Below are positions 49,729 through 60,771 of a DNA stretch of 64,000 nt, piece by piece. Position 1 is the stretch's first letter; every line of letters starts with the position of its first letter. Location: positions 614,867 through 678,866 of the forward strand of contig BFEA01000016.1 of assembly GCA_003427395.1 (NCBI GenBank), in the 5' to 3' direction. The position numbers and the translations under genes were made by a program. The notes below the pieces were generated by a model that saw nothing but the letters and a program-made list of their open reading frames with translations, did no database searches and was not told the origin of the DNA. Origin of the DNA: Chara braunii (taxonomy: Eukaryota; Plantae; Charophyceae).

Positions 49729-50383
49729 TGTCGGGATAAAAACCCTGACAAGAGTATCTGCCCGGTGTTGTTGAACGATGTCCGGCTTAGTAAAGGGTTA
49801 TTTGGGTTTCGTAACTAGATGAGGTTGTTTTATCCGTCGGACGTTTATTCAGACACGACTTATGGCCGAGAGACTAAGATTTTTTTAGCCTAAGACCTGA
49901 CGTCGTCGGTATCTGGAATTGGCGCCAAGAACCAGCGACGTGATCGATCTCTCCCCATGTTTGGTAAGGCCACACAAATGTAAGGTCGTGAGAGGAATAT
50001 ATATATAATTTTATACCTATTTACCTAAAATAAGAACATTCAGAGCCTATAAGGGTAATTAAGACCTGCGCGTGAATGCGCGGCTCCGTTAAAGCCACGA
50101 TCCGCCTTTGTACTTCGACAAGGCCGAGCGGGGGCCGACTACAGGATGACAAAGGCATGACACCTAGCCAGGGGGCCCGATGCCCAACCAAGAGAGAAGA
50201 GGTGGGGATTGACCTGCCAGCATGCCCGGGGCCCAGACTCTGTTAGGCTACGTGGGAGCAGCCTAGCAACTGGGCAAGCTCTTCTTATAGAAGAGTTGCT
50301 CCTATCACGATAATGATAGGAGCGAGCCCTGTAGGATAACTCATCAGACCGTCATGCCGCAGATACGGGTAATGAATCCGACA
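49729..50383. mobile_element. LTR-like sequence TGTCGG...CCGACA (second copy 52805-53509)
   Basis: Short terminal inverted repeats with TG...CA ends; purine-rich tract AGAAGAGGGTAGG just upstream; no TSD seen. Confidence 0.6.
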
Positions 50384-50791
50384 GCGCCTCCCTGGGCAAG
50401 CTTCTTTTGGAGCTGGCCTACATAGCACCGTGTTCGCGTTCGGAGGTGAACGTGAACATGTTGGCCCGAACACGAACAAGCGTCCAAATGCGAACATAAA
50501 AAATATTAAAAAAAACAAAACAAAAAACATTCTTAGAAAAATCTGAAAAAAATATATGTTATGTAAAATAACTATACAAGCAACTTTTGCCTTGGAGTCA
50601 TGTTCAAATTCGTATCCAATCATGAGTTAAAAATAAAAAACCTTTCTTTGTTTCGTGGATGTTTGCTGGCTTGTGATGGGGTGTGAACCGACAGTCTGTA
50701 GAGTTTTCCATCTGGTGTGGGTGAGTGATAGTCTACTTTGATTTTGGTTGAGGTAGATTATCATTTACAGTGTAATCAGTGAGGGGATTCT

Positions 50792-50851
50792 GCAGACTGT
50801 TGAGGGTTCAGCCTCCTGATGAGTCGGTGAAACTCCGACGAAACAGTTTGT
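50792..50851 (+). ncRNA. Type III hammerhead ribozyme
   Basis: Stem III GCAGACTGT/ACAGTTTGT; GUU triplet with cut after 50801; stem I GAGG-GTTCAG-CCTC; core CTGATGA; stem II GTCGG-TGAAACT-CCGAC; GAAA. Confidence 0.88.
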
Positions 50852-51031
50852 CACAGCCCCTCGTTTGTTGTCCTCTTCTCCCTCTCTGCCTACGGTTTAC
50901 CGGGCAGTTCTATTTGATTGACGATATATATATCGTCAAATAGAACTGCCCGGTAAACCGTAGGCAGAGAGGGAGAAGAGGACAACAAACGAGGGGCTGT
51001 GACAAACTGTTTCGTCGGAGTTTCACCGACT
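50822..51031. repeat. ~100-bp-arm near-perfect inverted repeat centred on (TA)n
   Basis: 50822-50917 is the reverse complement of 50936-51031; inner palindrome TTGACGATATATATATCGTCAA. Confidence 0.95.
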
Positions 51032-51081
51032 TATATATATATATATATATATATATACAAAAAAAATTATGTTCTATTTGA

Positions 51082-51126
<45 letters not shown>

Positions 51127-51312
51127 AAAAAAATTATGTTCGCCCGAACATGTTCGCGAGATGTTCGCGCAAACACGTTCGCGCGAACATGAAGGAACGC
51201 GAACACGTTCCCTGTGCTTTGCAGGAGCTGGCCTCTGATGAGGTTTTCGGGCGCGGCCGGTTTCGATCATGCGATCCATGAGATCGTGAGGCTGAGATCA
51301 GCCGCGCGGAGC

Positions 51313-51351
51313 TTAGCATGGCCCCTGAGCAAGGATGACACACATAAATCG
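51313..51351 (+). pseudogene. U6: U6 snRNA 3'-part fragment followed by an A-run
   Basis: TTAGCATGGCCCCTGAGCAAGGATGACACACATAAATCG. Confidence 0.88.
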
Positions 51352-51746
51352 GGAGAAAAAAAAACAACCTACCAATAAATTGGACGTGAAGCGCCGCTTG
51401 GCGTAGTCAGAAGTTGAAAGGGACTTGAAGTCCTCAGAAGACGCCGACGCCCGTTTTAAGGGGCGCCCGTTTTCTGTTGCAAGGTAAGTTTATTTTCTTC
51501 TATTTTTTTTTTCTTTTTCTTCCTTCTTATATTTTCTTTAGGTTTTCTTCTACTAGATTTGCTCTAGAATTTCGTTAGTTAAATTTCTGTTTAGATTCTT
51601 TTCTTCTAGATTTTTTTTTTACTCTTTTTTTATCGATTATGGTTTTATGAAGTTGCCCATTCATTTTGACGAACGAGTTGGTGCTGCTATCGACACGATG
51701 TGCAAAGTCGAACGAATCTATCAATATAGCATAGGACTGTACATCC

Positions 51747-51834
<88 letters not shown>

Positions 51835-52542
51835 CTTATATAGTCGAGGGAGGTAGTGGTAGCAGCCTGAGCTCTCAACCTTAAAAAGTTGGCAGTCTGA
51901 CCTTTCTTAGGGGAAATACTGTCGAAATTTCTGACATTTTTATACAAGTATCATAGATAAGGTAAGAAGGTAAGAGTATTTCATACTCACTCAAGCATAG
52001 CTTGGTTATTGGCCTATACTTTGTTGCGGGTTGTGTTCATTTATATTATCTTGTGGCTTAACTAGCCTCAAGTTGATCCTCCTAGGATCATCTTATGTTA
52101 TCTTTTGATAACAGATCGCTTTCCGACTCAACTCTAATTCATTTTCGATACTCAACCTAAGGTCTTAGCCCCTGTAGGTTGAATTGTTTCTTTGGGTTCT
52201 TACCAAAACGTTTATTAAATGAACATTTAAAACGAATTGATTGATTTCTTTTAAAAGGTTGGACAAAACTGGGGCTTGTGTGAATAAGGCAAGGGGTGTG
52301 AGGGCGAAGAGTGATTGAAGTTCACCCCGTGTAGTGTGTGGTTTGTCGATGTGGAATCCTTGAATTGATTGCATGTATGCTTTGTCGCTCGAACTCTGGA
52401 TTTGACTTTGTCTGCGATCATGTATACAATTGGAAAGAAGTCACACTATGACTGTAAGAGTGATCACCTGATGCCTAATTTCCTCTTGTATTTATATATT
52501 GAGTATTCACGTGGTCTATCTTGAACATGTGTAAGGACCGAG

Positions 52543-52588
52543 TAGTCTTCTCTGTATCGTTCCAATTTTAACAGATGTCACGAAGGAC
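52543..52588 (-). pseudogene. U6: U6 snRNA 5' half (unit 2)
   Basis: Reverse complement GTCCTTCGTGACATCTGTTAAAATTGGAACGATACAGAGAAGACTA. Confidence 0.88.
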
Positions 52589-53071
52589 ATAGATCCCTTA
52601 TTTTTACTTTTGTTTTTATAAATTTTTGTAGTTGGACGTTGAGGTCCGTGACAGTTGTCAAAGTCAAACCGCTTGACCTGTTTCGAGGCCTTCGATGATA
52701 GAGCCTCATTCCCAGGCCCGGGGTCAGCAGCGCTTAACCGCTACTAAGGGTCGAAACCCACCTACCCCTCCTCTCCGTAGGATGCAGAAGAGGGTAGGTC
52801 TTGCTGTCGGGATAAAAACCCTGACAAGAGTATCTGCCCGGTGTTGTCGGACGATGTCCGACTTAGTAAAGGGTTACCTGGGTTTCATAACTTGATGAGG
52901 TTGTTTTATCCGGCGGAAGTTTATTCAGACATGACTTATGACTGAGAGACTAAGATTTTTTTAGCCTAAGGACCTGGCGCCGTCGATATCTGGAATTGGC
53001 GCCAAGAACCAGCGGCGTGATCGGTCTCTCCCCATGTTTGGTAAGGTCGCACAAATGTAAGATCGTGAGAG

Positions 53072-53125
<54 letters not shown>

Positions 53126-53623
53126 ATACATATTATAAGAACGCGCGGATGCTAAGCCGCGCGATTCAGAGCCTATAAGGGTAATTAAGACCTGCGCGTG
53201 AAAGCACAGCTCCGTTAAAGCCACGATCGGCCTTTGTACTTCGACAAGGCCGAGCGGGGGCCTACTACAGGATGACAAAGGCAGAGCACTTAGCCAGGGG
53301 GCCCGACGCCCAACCAAGAGAAAAGAGGCGGGGATTGACCTGCCAGCATGCCCGGGGCCCAGACTCTGTTAGGCTACGTGGGAGCAACCTAGCAACTGGG
53401 CAAGCTCTTCTTATAGAAGCGTTGCTCCTATCACTATCGTGATAGGAGCGAGCCCTGTAGGATAACTCATCATACCGTCATGCCGCAGATACGGGGAATG
53501 AATCCGACAGCGCCTCCCTGGGCAACCTTCTTTTGGAGCTGGCCTCTGATGAGGTTTTCGGGCGCGGCCGGTCTCGATCGTGCCATCCATGAGATCGTGA
53601 GGCTGAGATCAGCCGCGCGGAGC

Positions 53624-53662
53624 TTGGCATGGCCCCTGAGCAAGGATGACACACATAAATCG
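53624..53662 (+). pseudogene. U6: U6 snRNA 3'-part fragment (unit 2)
   Basis: TTGGCATGGCCCCTGAGCAAGGATGACACACATAAATCG plus A-run. Confidence 0.85.
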
Positions 53663-54046
53663 GAAAAAAAAACAACAACCTACAACTAAATTGGATGTGA
53701 AGCGCCGCTTGGCGTAATCAGAAGTTAAACGGGATTTGAAGTCCCCAGAAGGCGCTGACGCCCGTTTTCTGTTGCAAGGTAAGTTTATGTTTCTTCTTTT
53801 TTTTTTTTCCTTTTTCTTCCTTTTTAGATTTTCTTTAGGTTTTCTTCTACTAGATTTGCTCTAGAATTTCGTTAGTTGAATTTCTATTTAGATTCTTTTC
53901 TTCTAGATTTTTTTTTCTTTTCTTTTTTTTTCTCGATTATGGTTTTACTAAGTTGCCCATTCGTTTTGACGAACGAGTTGGTGCTGCTATCGACACAATG
54001 TGCAAAGTCGAACGAATCTACCGATATAACATGGGACTATAGATCC

Positions 54047-54126
<80 letters not shown>

Positions 54127-54829
54127 GGAAAGGATCCTACCTGGCGGTGACTACAACACAACGGACGAACATGTAAGTCTCCAACTTTGCACAAAACGTT
54201 TTGCTTTCCCAATGATAGGATGGGCAAAATCGAATGAATATGTCGCTAGGGCATGAAAGTATACGCCGCCATACGTTTTTTAGAGTCCCCCCCCTTCTCG
54301 ATTTGTCGAAGTCTGCGCCCATTGGTTTTTGGAAAACGGGCAACAAACTTCGATTTGGTGCCTGAACTTGGTATGGTTAGCATGTCGGATGCGGATGCTC
54401 GTAGGATGAGAGATAGAGAAGACCCTATTGAGCTTGAATCTAGTTCGACACTATGAAATGACGTGAAGGGTTTTTTATTTTTATTTTTATTTTTATTTTC
54501 TTTTATCTTATTTTTTCGTTACTGAGAGAAAACGTGGCTGCTGAAAAGCGATGTATGTGTGCACCTGACTGTCGTCGGAGCCAGGTTCTCAGGTGGTTTT
54601 CTGCACTATGTGCAGTAAACCAGCTAGGGAGTTGATTCTGAGTTTGAAATGCATTGCCGAGGTTGGACCTTAGCGATAGCAGATAAACAAGGGAAGGGCT
54701 GGATACAACCATCCCGTGATGCACTAACATCAGAAAATAAGCCATGTCCTTTTTCTAGTGGATGAACTTGATCAGTTGAGCTATGTGGGGCTGGTAGATG
54801 CCCTTGACTTCACTTGGAGATCAAGGGTT

Positions 54830-56200
54830 CAACCTGAGCTCGAATTTTTGGTTGAGAGCTCAGACTGCTAATTTGACGAACTCCTTGGATTGTAGAAATT
54901 TGAGCAGCATTTCCCTTAGCAAAAATGTCTTTCCAAGATATATACAAAGGCAAATACGAAAAATAAACTTAACTCAAAAAATGCAGAACTTGAATTAAGT
55001 TTTATAACTCTAGCATGTGGCGAACATCTAAAGCAGTTACCTATCAAAACTAAGGCTCATAACAAGTAGAACTCTCAGTCAACGATATGCAAGCCCATAC
55101 CACAATGGGTAAGTACTCTTACAAGAAACCCAACTTGTTTTCACATAAGTAGTTCATCATCTCTCAATTAGATAAACCTCAATACCCTAGCTTACATATG
55201 ACGTAAAAAAAAAGTTAAACCAAATCGAAGCCACATTGCTTAACCTTTGCATTTGTATACATTGCTTAATCGAAGCCACATTGCTTAACATTGCATTTGT
55301 TTATAATATATTTTTAAAATTTTAATTTTTTTGAAGATTAAGGTTGAGTCGAACCGAAACCAAATTGCTTAGTCTCCCGTAGGTTACACTCATTATATTT
55401 TTAATTAAATACTTCCTTCCTTTTTGTGATAAGCTATACTCATGCCAAACCGAAGTCACATTGTCTGACAAACTTTATTAAAATAATAAGATTATAACAT
55501 ATTTATAGAGAAAGTCATATTTTCATACTCTTATTTTATATGAGCAACTTTAGACTAAGCCAAACCGAAGATACATTGCTTAGTCATCAGTCAAAACCTC
55601 CCTAAAAAAAATATGTAATTGGATCTGACTGAAGCCACATTACCCAACTCTTAAACATTTTCAACTGGTAAATCATCACAAGAACAACAGCCAGACCCGA
55701 CCGAAGTCACATTGTCCGGTTGGAGTAAGCAACAAAGCGACATAACACAGTCAAAAGGTTCCAATCCCACAAGGTCTTGCTGCGGTCTTGTGGGTTGCAA
55801 TCCTACTTGCCGCCTTCCTCTCTGAACATAAACTAGACTTAGATTAAGAAGGATAAAATAAGAGGTTTCGAATGTTCGAGATACGAGAAGGGGTTAACTC
55901 AACTCGCGTGAGAGGGCCTTGAGACCTTGATACGCTAGAGGGCCCCGCAATGGTGGCCAAAAGTCACAGTAAGATGGTCAAATCAAGGCCGAAACGCAGA
56001 GCAACTTTCCATGACGAATCTCCAAGTCGCAACGGTAACCCCCTTACCAAGTCTGATCACCACTTCTAGTCGCAATATCGCATGTTCCTATCCAACCGCT
56101 GCTACTCCTCTAAATGTTAAGTTTGAATTAAACACAACCCTCCCGTGGTCTAATCAAACGCAAGTTGAATTCAACAAGGACTCCGCAAGGTATTGTGTGC
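54830..56200 (+). mobile_element. Large unclassified element, copy Y (ATG at 55950)
   Basis: AGCA..TGGCGA.CATCTAAA....TACCTATCA block shared with 38141-38180; structured leader shared with 39910-40065. Confidence 0.7.
55212..55722 (+). repeat. Array 2: about seven hairpin units with a conserved 17-nt loop (consensus CAAACCGAAGYCACATT)
   Basis: Loop ends at ~55234, 55280, 55364, 55459, 55574, 55638 and 55710, most closed by a complementary stem. Confidence 0.85.
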
Positions 56201-58227
56201 AAAGTAAGACAATATTCCTATGCACAATCTCAAAACAGAAGTGTCACTGCACCGTTCTCAACAATGCATTACGTAAAGTACAACAAACGCAGCAATGCGT
56301 CGCGCAGCCCCAGCGACAAAATACAGCAAACATGAGGCACATGCACACTGAATATATCGCAAGGGTACCGTAAATATACAACGCCCGTGCGCACTAAAGT
56401 ACTGCAACAACTCAACAACAAGTACAACAAATACAACAGTTTGCATAGCAAAGCACCACACTACGTGGTGATAGTTCACAACAATGCATTACGCAACACA
56501 TCGAAATAAAGAGCAGACCAATAAAATATACAACAGTCCTTCAAACTCGGCGTACCAACAACAACGCCTGAGATCAGTAGTTGCACCTCCTAGTCTATAA
56601 CAACAACTTCTTTAAGTTCTTGAACACTAGAACATGGACATAGTAGCTATGCCACTATTGATAACAACGACAGTATGGGTCTCGCTTAAGAGCAACATCT
56701 GCAATCCATGGTAGTACACCGCCGATATGCTTCTTAGCAACAACAGTTCAACAATCCGCAACTTAGAGCCCGAAGAAACGGGACTGCTATCCTCCTAAAA
56801 ACGAGTCCCATGCAGGGCTCAAAGACTAAAGAACAAAGAAACAAAAGGAGAGCTTTCTGCCTTCAAACCTTTCTTGTATCTGATTTTGGTAAACTCCCTT
56901 CTCCTTCTGATTTCCGATTCAAGTCTGGTCGTGGTTCTCTAACTGTCCTGCCCATCCATAATGCCCTTGGCATGAAGCTCTGGCTAGGTTCCTTCGATGT
57001 CAGTTGACTGCGGCCTGTTGAAAGTGGCCACGTCTCATAGAAGTAGGGGTGGGCAAAGGTCACGAGCCAGACGCAAGCTACAAACAAATCGCGGAATATG
57101 GTAGACTGCAGTATAAATGCGCGCGACACAATGAGTACGCATAATAGTACAATGCCAAGCGGATGAAGGGCTTGTATAGAAGGGGAGGTTACGACGGTGG
57201 GATGAAGTGTGTGACTATAGTCCATTGTTCCAACTTACCAAAATGTATTTAAATAAGAATGAAAACTTCCGCTAGTACTTCGAGGGACGTACCCCTCTTC
57301 CCGCGGTGACTAACTCTCTCTCTCTCTACTCCCAACTTCACGAGTTTGTTTTCTTAACTTTTATGTCCTCTTTTCTATTTCGTCGTCCTTAATCTCATCT
57401 CCCTTGCTTCTCCATAAGCACTACCTTCGTGCTTGTGCTCGCACACCTTCCCACTGCTTCTTGATGATTTTAGTCAACACCTCGGCCAGGTGGATGCACT
57501 ATCGGGAGGAAGAGCTACATCGGCAAGAAAACGACCACAACTGATGACGGCAGCGCCTCCGTATACAGAAGCCTGTGCAATCCCACCTTGCAACCAGGTG
57601 AGCCCCCATTTTCTCTCCCGCTCGACCACCCCGTTCATGACAGCAGGTTCGAAGCAGCCATTGAAACACGATGGCGGAAAGCAATAAGTCGCAGACGATC
57701 TACCTGAGGGAGACCACGATCACGAAGGTGACCATGATGACGAGGCGGTTATCACGACGGTCGAGCATAGGTCACGCGCTTCGGCACCATCCTTCTTCGA
57801 GGCCGATTGATTCGGCAGGTGAGTTGCTACAAAGTCCGTGGCAAATTTCTGAATCACGACTGTGTAAGACGGGAAGCAAGGCTACCGCTGTAGCGTGAGT
57901 AGCCTCTTCAACACCCGTCCTCCTCTTTCTATCCTTTTCACCATCACCCCCCCTTCTTCTGGCGTGAAACATGGCCTAGGTTCAGTCTATCCTTTCGCTT
58001 TTTTCTTCGACTGAGAATGTTTCTTTGTCGCCTTCTCTTTCCCTCTATTTGTCTTCCTTTCTTCCCTAGTATCCGTCTATGTCAGCCTCATGCTCTTGTT
58101 CCTCGTCTTCATCGCGACCTTGACCCTGTTCCTTAAGGTAAAGTAGAGGAGCGACTCGATTATAACCTACCAAGAATGAGCAAGCAACGACCCGATACCA
58201 TTGGGTCTACCATTCTGAATAGCACCC

Positions 58228-58282
58228 GGGCCATGCTAATCTCCCCTTTATCATTCAAATTTTAACAGATGTCCTGAAGGAC
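58228..58282 (-). pseudogene. U6: Degenerate U6 snRNA 5' half
   Basis: Reverse complement GTCCTTCAGGACATCTGTTAAAATTTGAATGATAAAGGGGAGATTAGCATGGCCC. Confidence 0.82.
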
Positions 58283-58339
58283 GAATGATAGTCCCACAGT
58301 GGGACTGTGTAAAATCAGATATGAGAATGGATATGTATT

Positions 58340-59254
58340 TCAACAGTTCAGGGGTATACCAACCGAGTTAGGCCCGTTGGCCTTGTGACCGGTCTCGGCA
58401 CGGACACCGTCTCCGTGCCCCAAAGGAAAATGGAACTTTGAAATAATAAAATAAAATAAAAGTAAGATAAAATTATTTAGTAATAAAGAAATTTGCCCCT
58501 TAGTAATAAATAAATCGGTGTAAAAGGTAAAAACAAAAAATTGGAATCCGTACCGAGGGGGAGGAACCATCGACACTCCTTTGTCCCACCAGTCGGTCCC
58601 AAGGTCGAGGCTGATGGCAAAGCTGAGGAGAATAACCTCGTCAGACCCTCATCCTCTTGGTTTCCTTCTTACCACTCCACCCTCTAATGTTTGCGCCCCC
58701 CAATCTAGATCCCTCAATCCACAGTATGAAAGTCCTACACCTTAACCAATAGTGTTAGGCCCAATGCTGGGTTTAGCACTAGTGGAAACCTATATAAACG
58801 GGTGCCGCGTGGCGCACGGGCTTACTAAAACACTCCAGGGTTATACCCTGGTCTAGCAACTAAACCCACGACTGTCAAGCTCCCGTGTCTACCGAGCAGA
58901 GGCCCGTTCCGTTTTTTTATCGCACCGTTCACTTCGTACGCACCGTCGTCAGAGTCGTCGTCCATATGAGCGCACGCGCACCATGGTCACATCAACGGAA
59001 AGGATCACTTAGTCATAGTCTAATCAAAGTCAAAAGTTGGCCGGCGGATGCGCAAGCTCTATAACATCAATAGGAGACATCACGCACGCCTCAAAACTGC
59101 GTGCTCATACACTCTCTCCTTCCTGTCAAAAATTTAGTCAGCGTAAAAATACTACAGTCGCGACTTGCACGTTGCACTCAAGGCTCAAGTAAAAAAATAT
59201 TCTCTGTCATTTAAAAAACCAGGGCGGATACCCTTGTAAGGGTATTCGCACCGA
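58340..59254 (-). mobile_element. LTR-like family B, minus copy
   Basis: Reverse complement starts TGTCGGTGCGAATACCCTTACAAGGGTATCCGC; internal block homologous to 60428-60530. Confidence 0.6.
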
Positions 59255-60052
59255 CAACGGCCTCCCTCACTTGGTGCGCAGTAGCGTGCAGATGTGTGCA
59301 ACTTCCCCTCTCAGCGCGAGGTGGCACGCGACCTCCCCCGCTTGGCGTGCGGAAGCGCTCATGCGAACGGCCTCCATCGCTCGACGCGAGGTAGCTCGCA
59401 ACTACACTCTGGTGGGCGCAGCTGCTGACGCATGGGTACACGCTGATGCGCAGCCTCCCCCCCTAGGTGTGTGGTAGCGCACGACTGAGTGCTGATGCTC
59501 GTGATTGCGCGCTGATGCTCGCGACTGTGCGCAGATGCGCTCGCTCTCCTTTACTAGAGCACAAATGCACGTGGCTGCATGCTGGCGCGCACAACTCGCC
59601 TGATTTGCTTGCGAGTGTGCGTGCGTTCATATGTCCCCTGTTATTCAGCGTGACCACGTGTGCTAACAATGATGATGACGATGATGGCGATGACGAAGAT
59701 CCAATGATAACGATGTACGCTCCTTCCTTCTGATCGGCTTAATGTGCGTTTAACCCGTGCATCTGTGTGTGCGTGACGTTCGCTTGATCGTGTCCTTTTG
59801 CATGCAATATATCTGTTCGCTGCTACATACGTGTGTGAAGTTTTCTCCTCTCAATCCTTGTGCGTATGAAGGCCAACACACCTTGTGTGCCAGCACGTGC
59901 AAAAGTCCGAAGTGTCCCAAACAAGAGCCCAGTTGGATTTTTAAAGTTTGTTGGGCCCTCCGTTGGAGAGCTCTAGCACTCCGGTACCCCTAACGAGGTC
60001 GGGTGTGTTGTCAGGAGATTTGCACCGCCCCGCTACCGGGGCAATGGGCGGT

Positions 60053-60771
60053 GTCGGTGTGAATACCCTTACAAGGGTATCCGCACTGGTTCTTGCAAGT
60101 GACAGGAAATAAGTTTGATTTAAAAGTTTAGGTTTACCGCGCGAGATGCTGCAATGTCTGTGGTTAACGTTGACTGAATGGTTGATTAGAGCAGAGAGTG
60201 TGTGGCCGCGCAGGTTTGAGGCGCGTGTGATTTTATTTGTTGATGACTGAAGGATCGGCGTGATCGCCGACATGATTGTTTTTTTATTTGATTAAGTTAG
60301 GATTAAACAAATTTTTGTCGTTTGATTGATGCACTTATCAGTGACTCGTGCGTACGTATGGAGGACGACATCGACAAAAGTGTGATTTTGAAAACTCTTC
60401 GGTAGATCTACGCGTCGCTCGACATCGTTTATTTAGGTATCCATCAAAACTAAACCCTGACTTGGGTCTAGCATTATTGGTTACAACGTCGGACCTTTAA
60501 TAGGGAGATTTTGGGATCGAGGTCGAGCGGCGACAATGCGGTGATATCAGGGTAGCGCGAATGGACCTCGGGGGGTGAGGGCCCGGTGGGGCTATCCCCC
60601 TTGGTTTTGCCATCGGCGTAGCCAGAGTGGTGTTAGTGGTTCCTTTTTCCCTCGTCGTCATATTCTGACGGCTAAAAAATTTTAAACATATTTTGTTATA
60701 ATATTTTTATCTTTAGGCTCCGACGTTTTCTTGATTCAGACGTGGCGTCAGAGTTAAGGGTCGTCATGACA
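60053..60771 (+). mobile_element. LTR-like family B, plus copy (TGTC...GACA)
   Basis: TGTCGGTGTGAATACCCTTACAAGGGTATCCGC start; ends ATGACA; diverged inverted partner of 58340-59254. Confidence 0.6.

Larger units (their letters stand above)
50419..51223. mobile_element. MITE-like insertion with 10-bp TSD GGAGCTGGCC
   Basis: TSD at 50409-50418 and 51224-51233; empty site in unit 2 (~53535); inverted CGTGTTCGCGTTC / GAACGCGAACACG ends with many TGTTCG/CGAACA subterminal motifs. Confidence 0.85.
48715..54050. repeat. Tandem duplication of a ~2.2-kb composite unit (48715-51750; 51830-54050), each ending in (AG)n
   Basis: Near-identical colinear sequence; unit 1 has an extra ~805-bp insertion. 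Confidence 0.92.

Noticed and set aside
51236-51270. Other CTGATGA motifs (51236, 53546, 57541, 50347 minus) as hammerheads
   Set aside because: No stem II followed by GAAA
60447-60470. Telomerase RNA template (CTAAACCCT)
   Set aside because: Lies in an LTR-like repeat, and the paralogous copy reads CTAAACCCA
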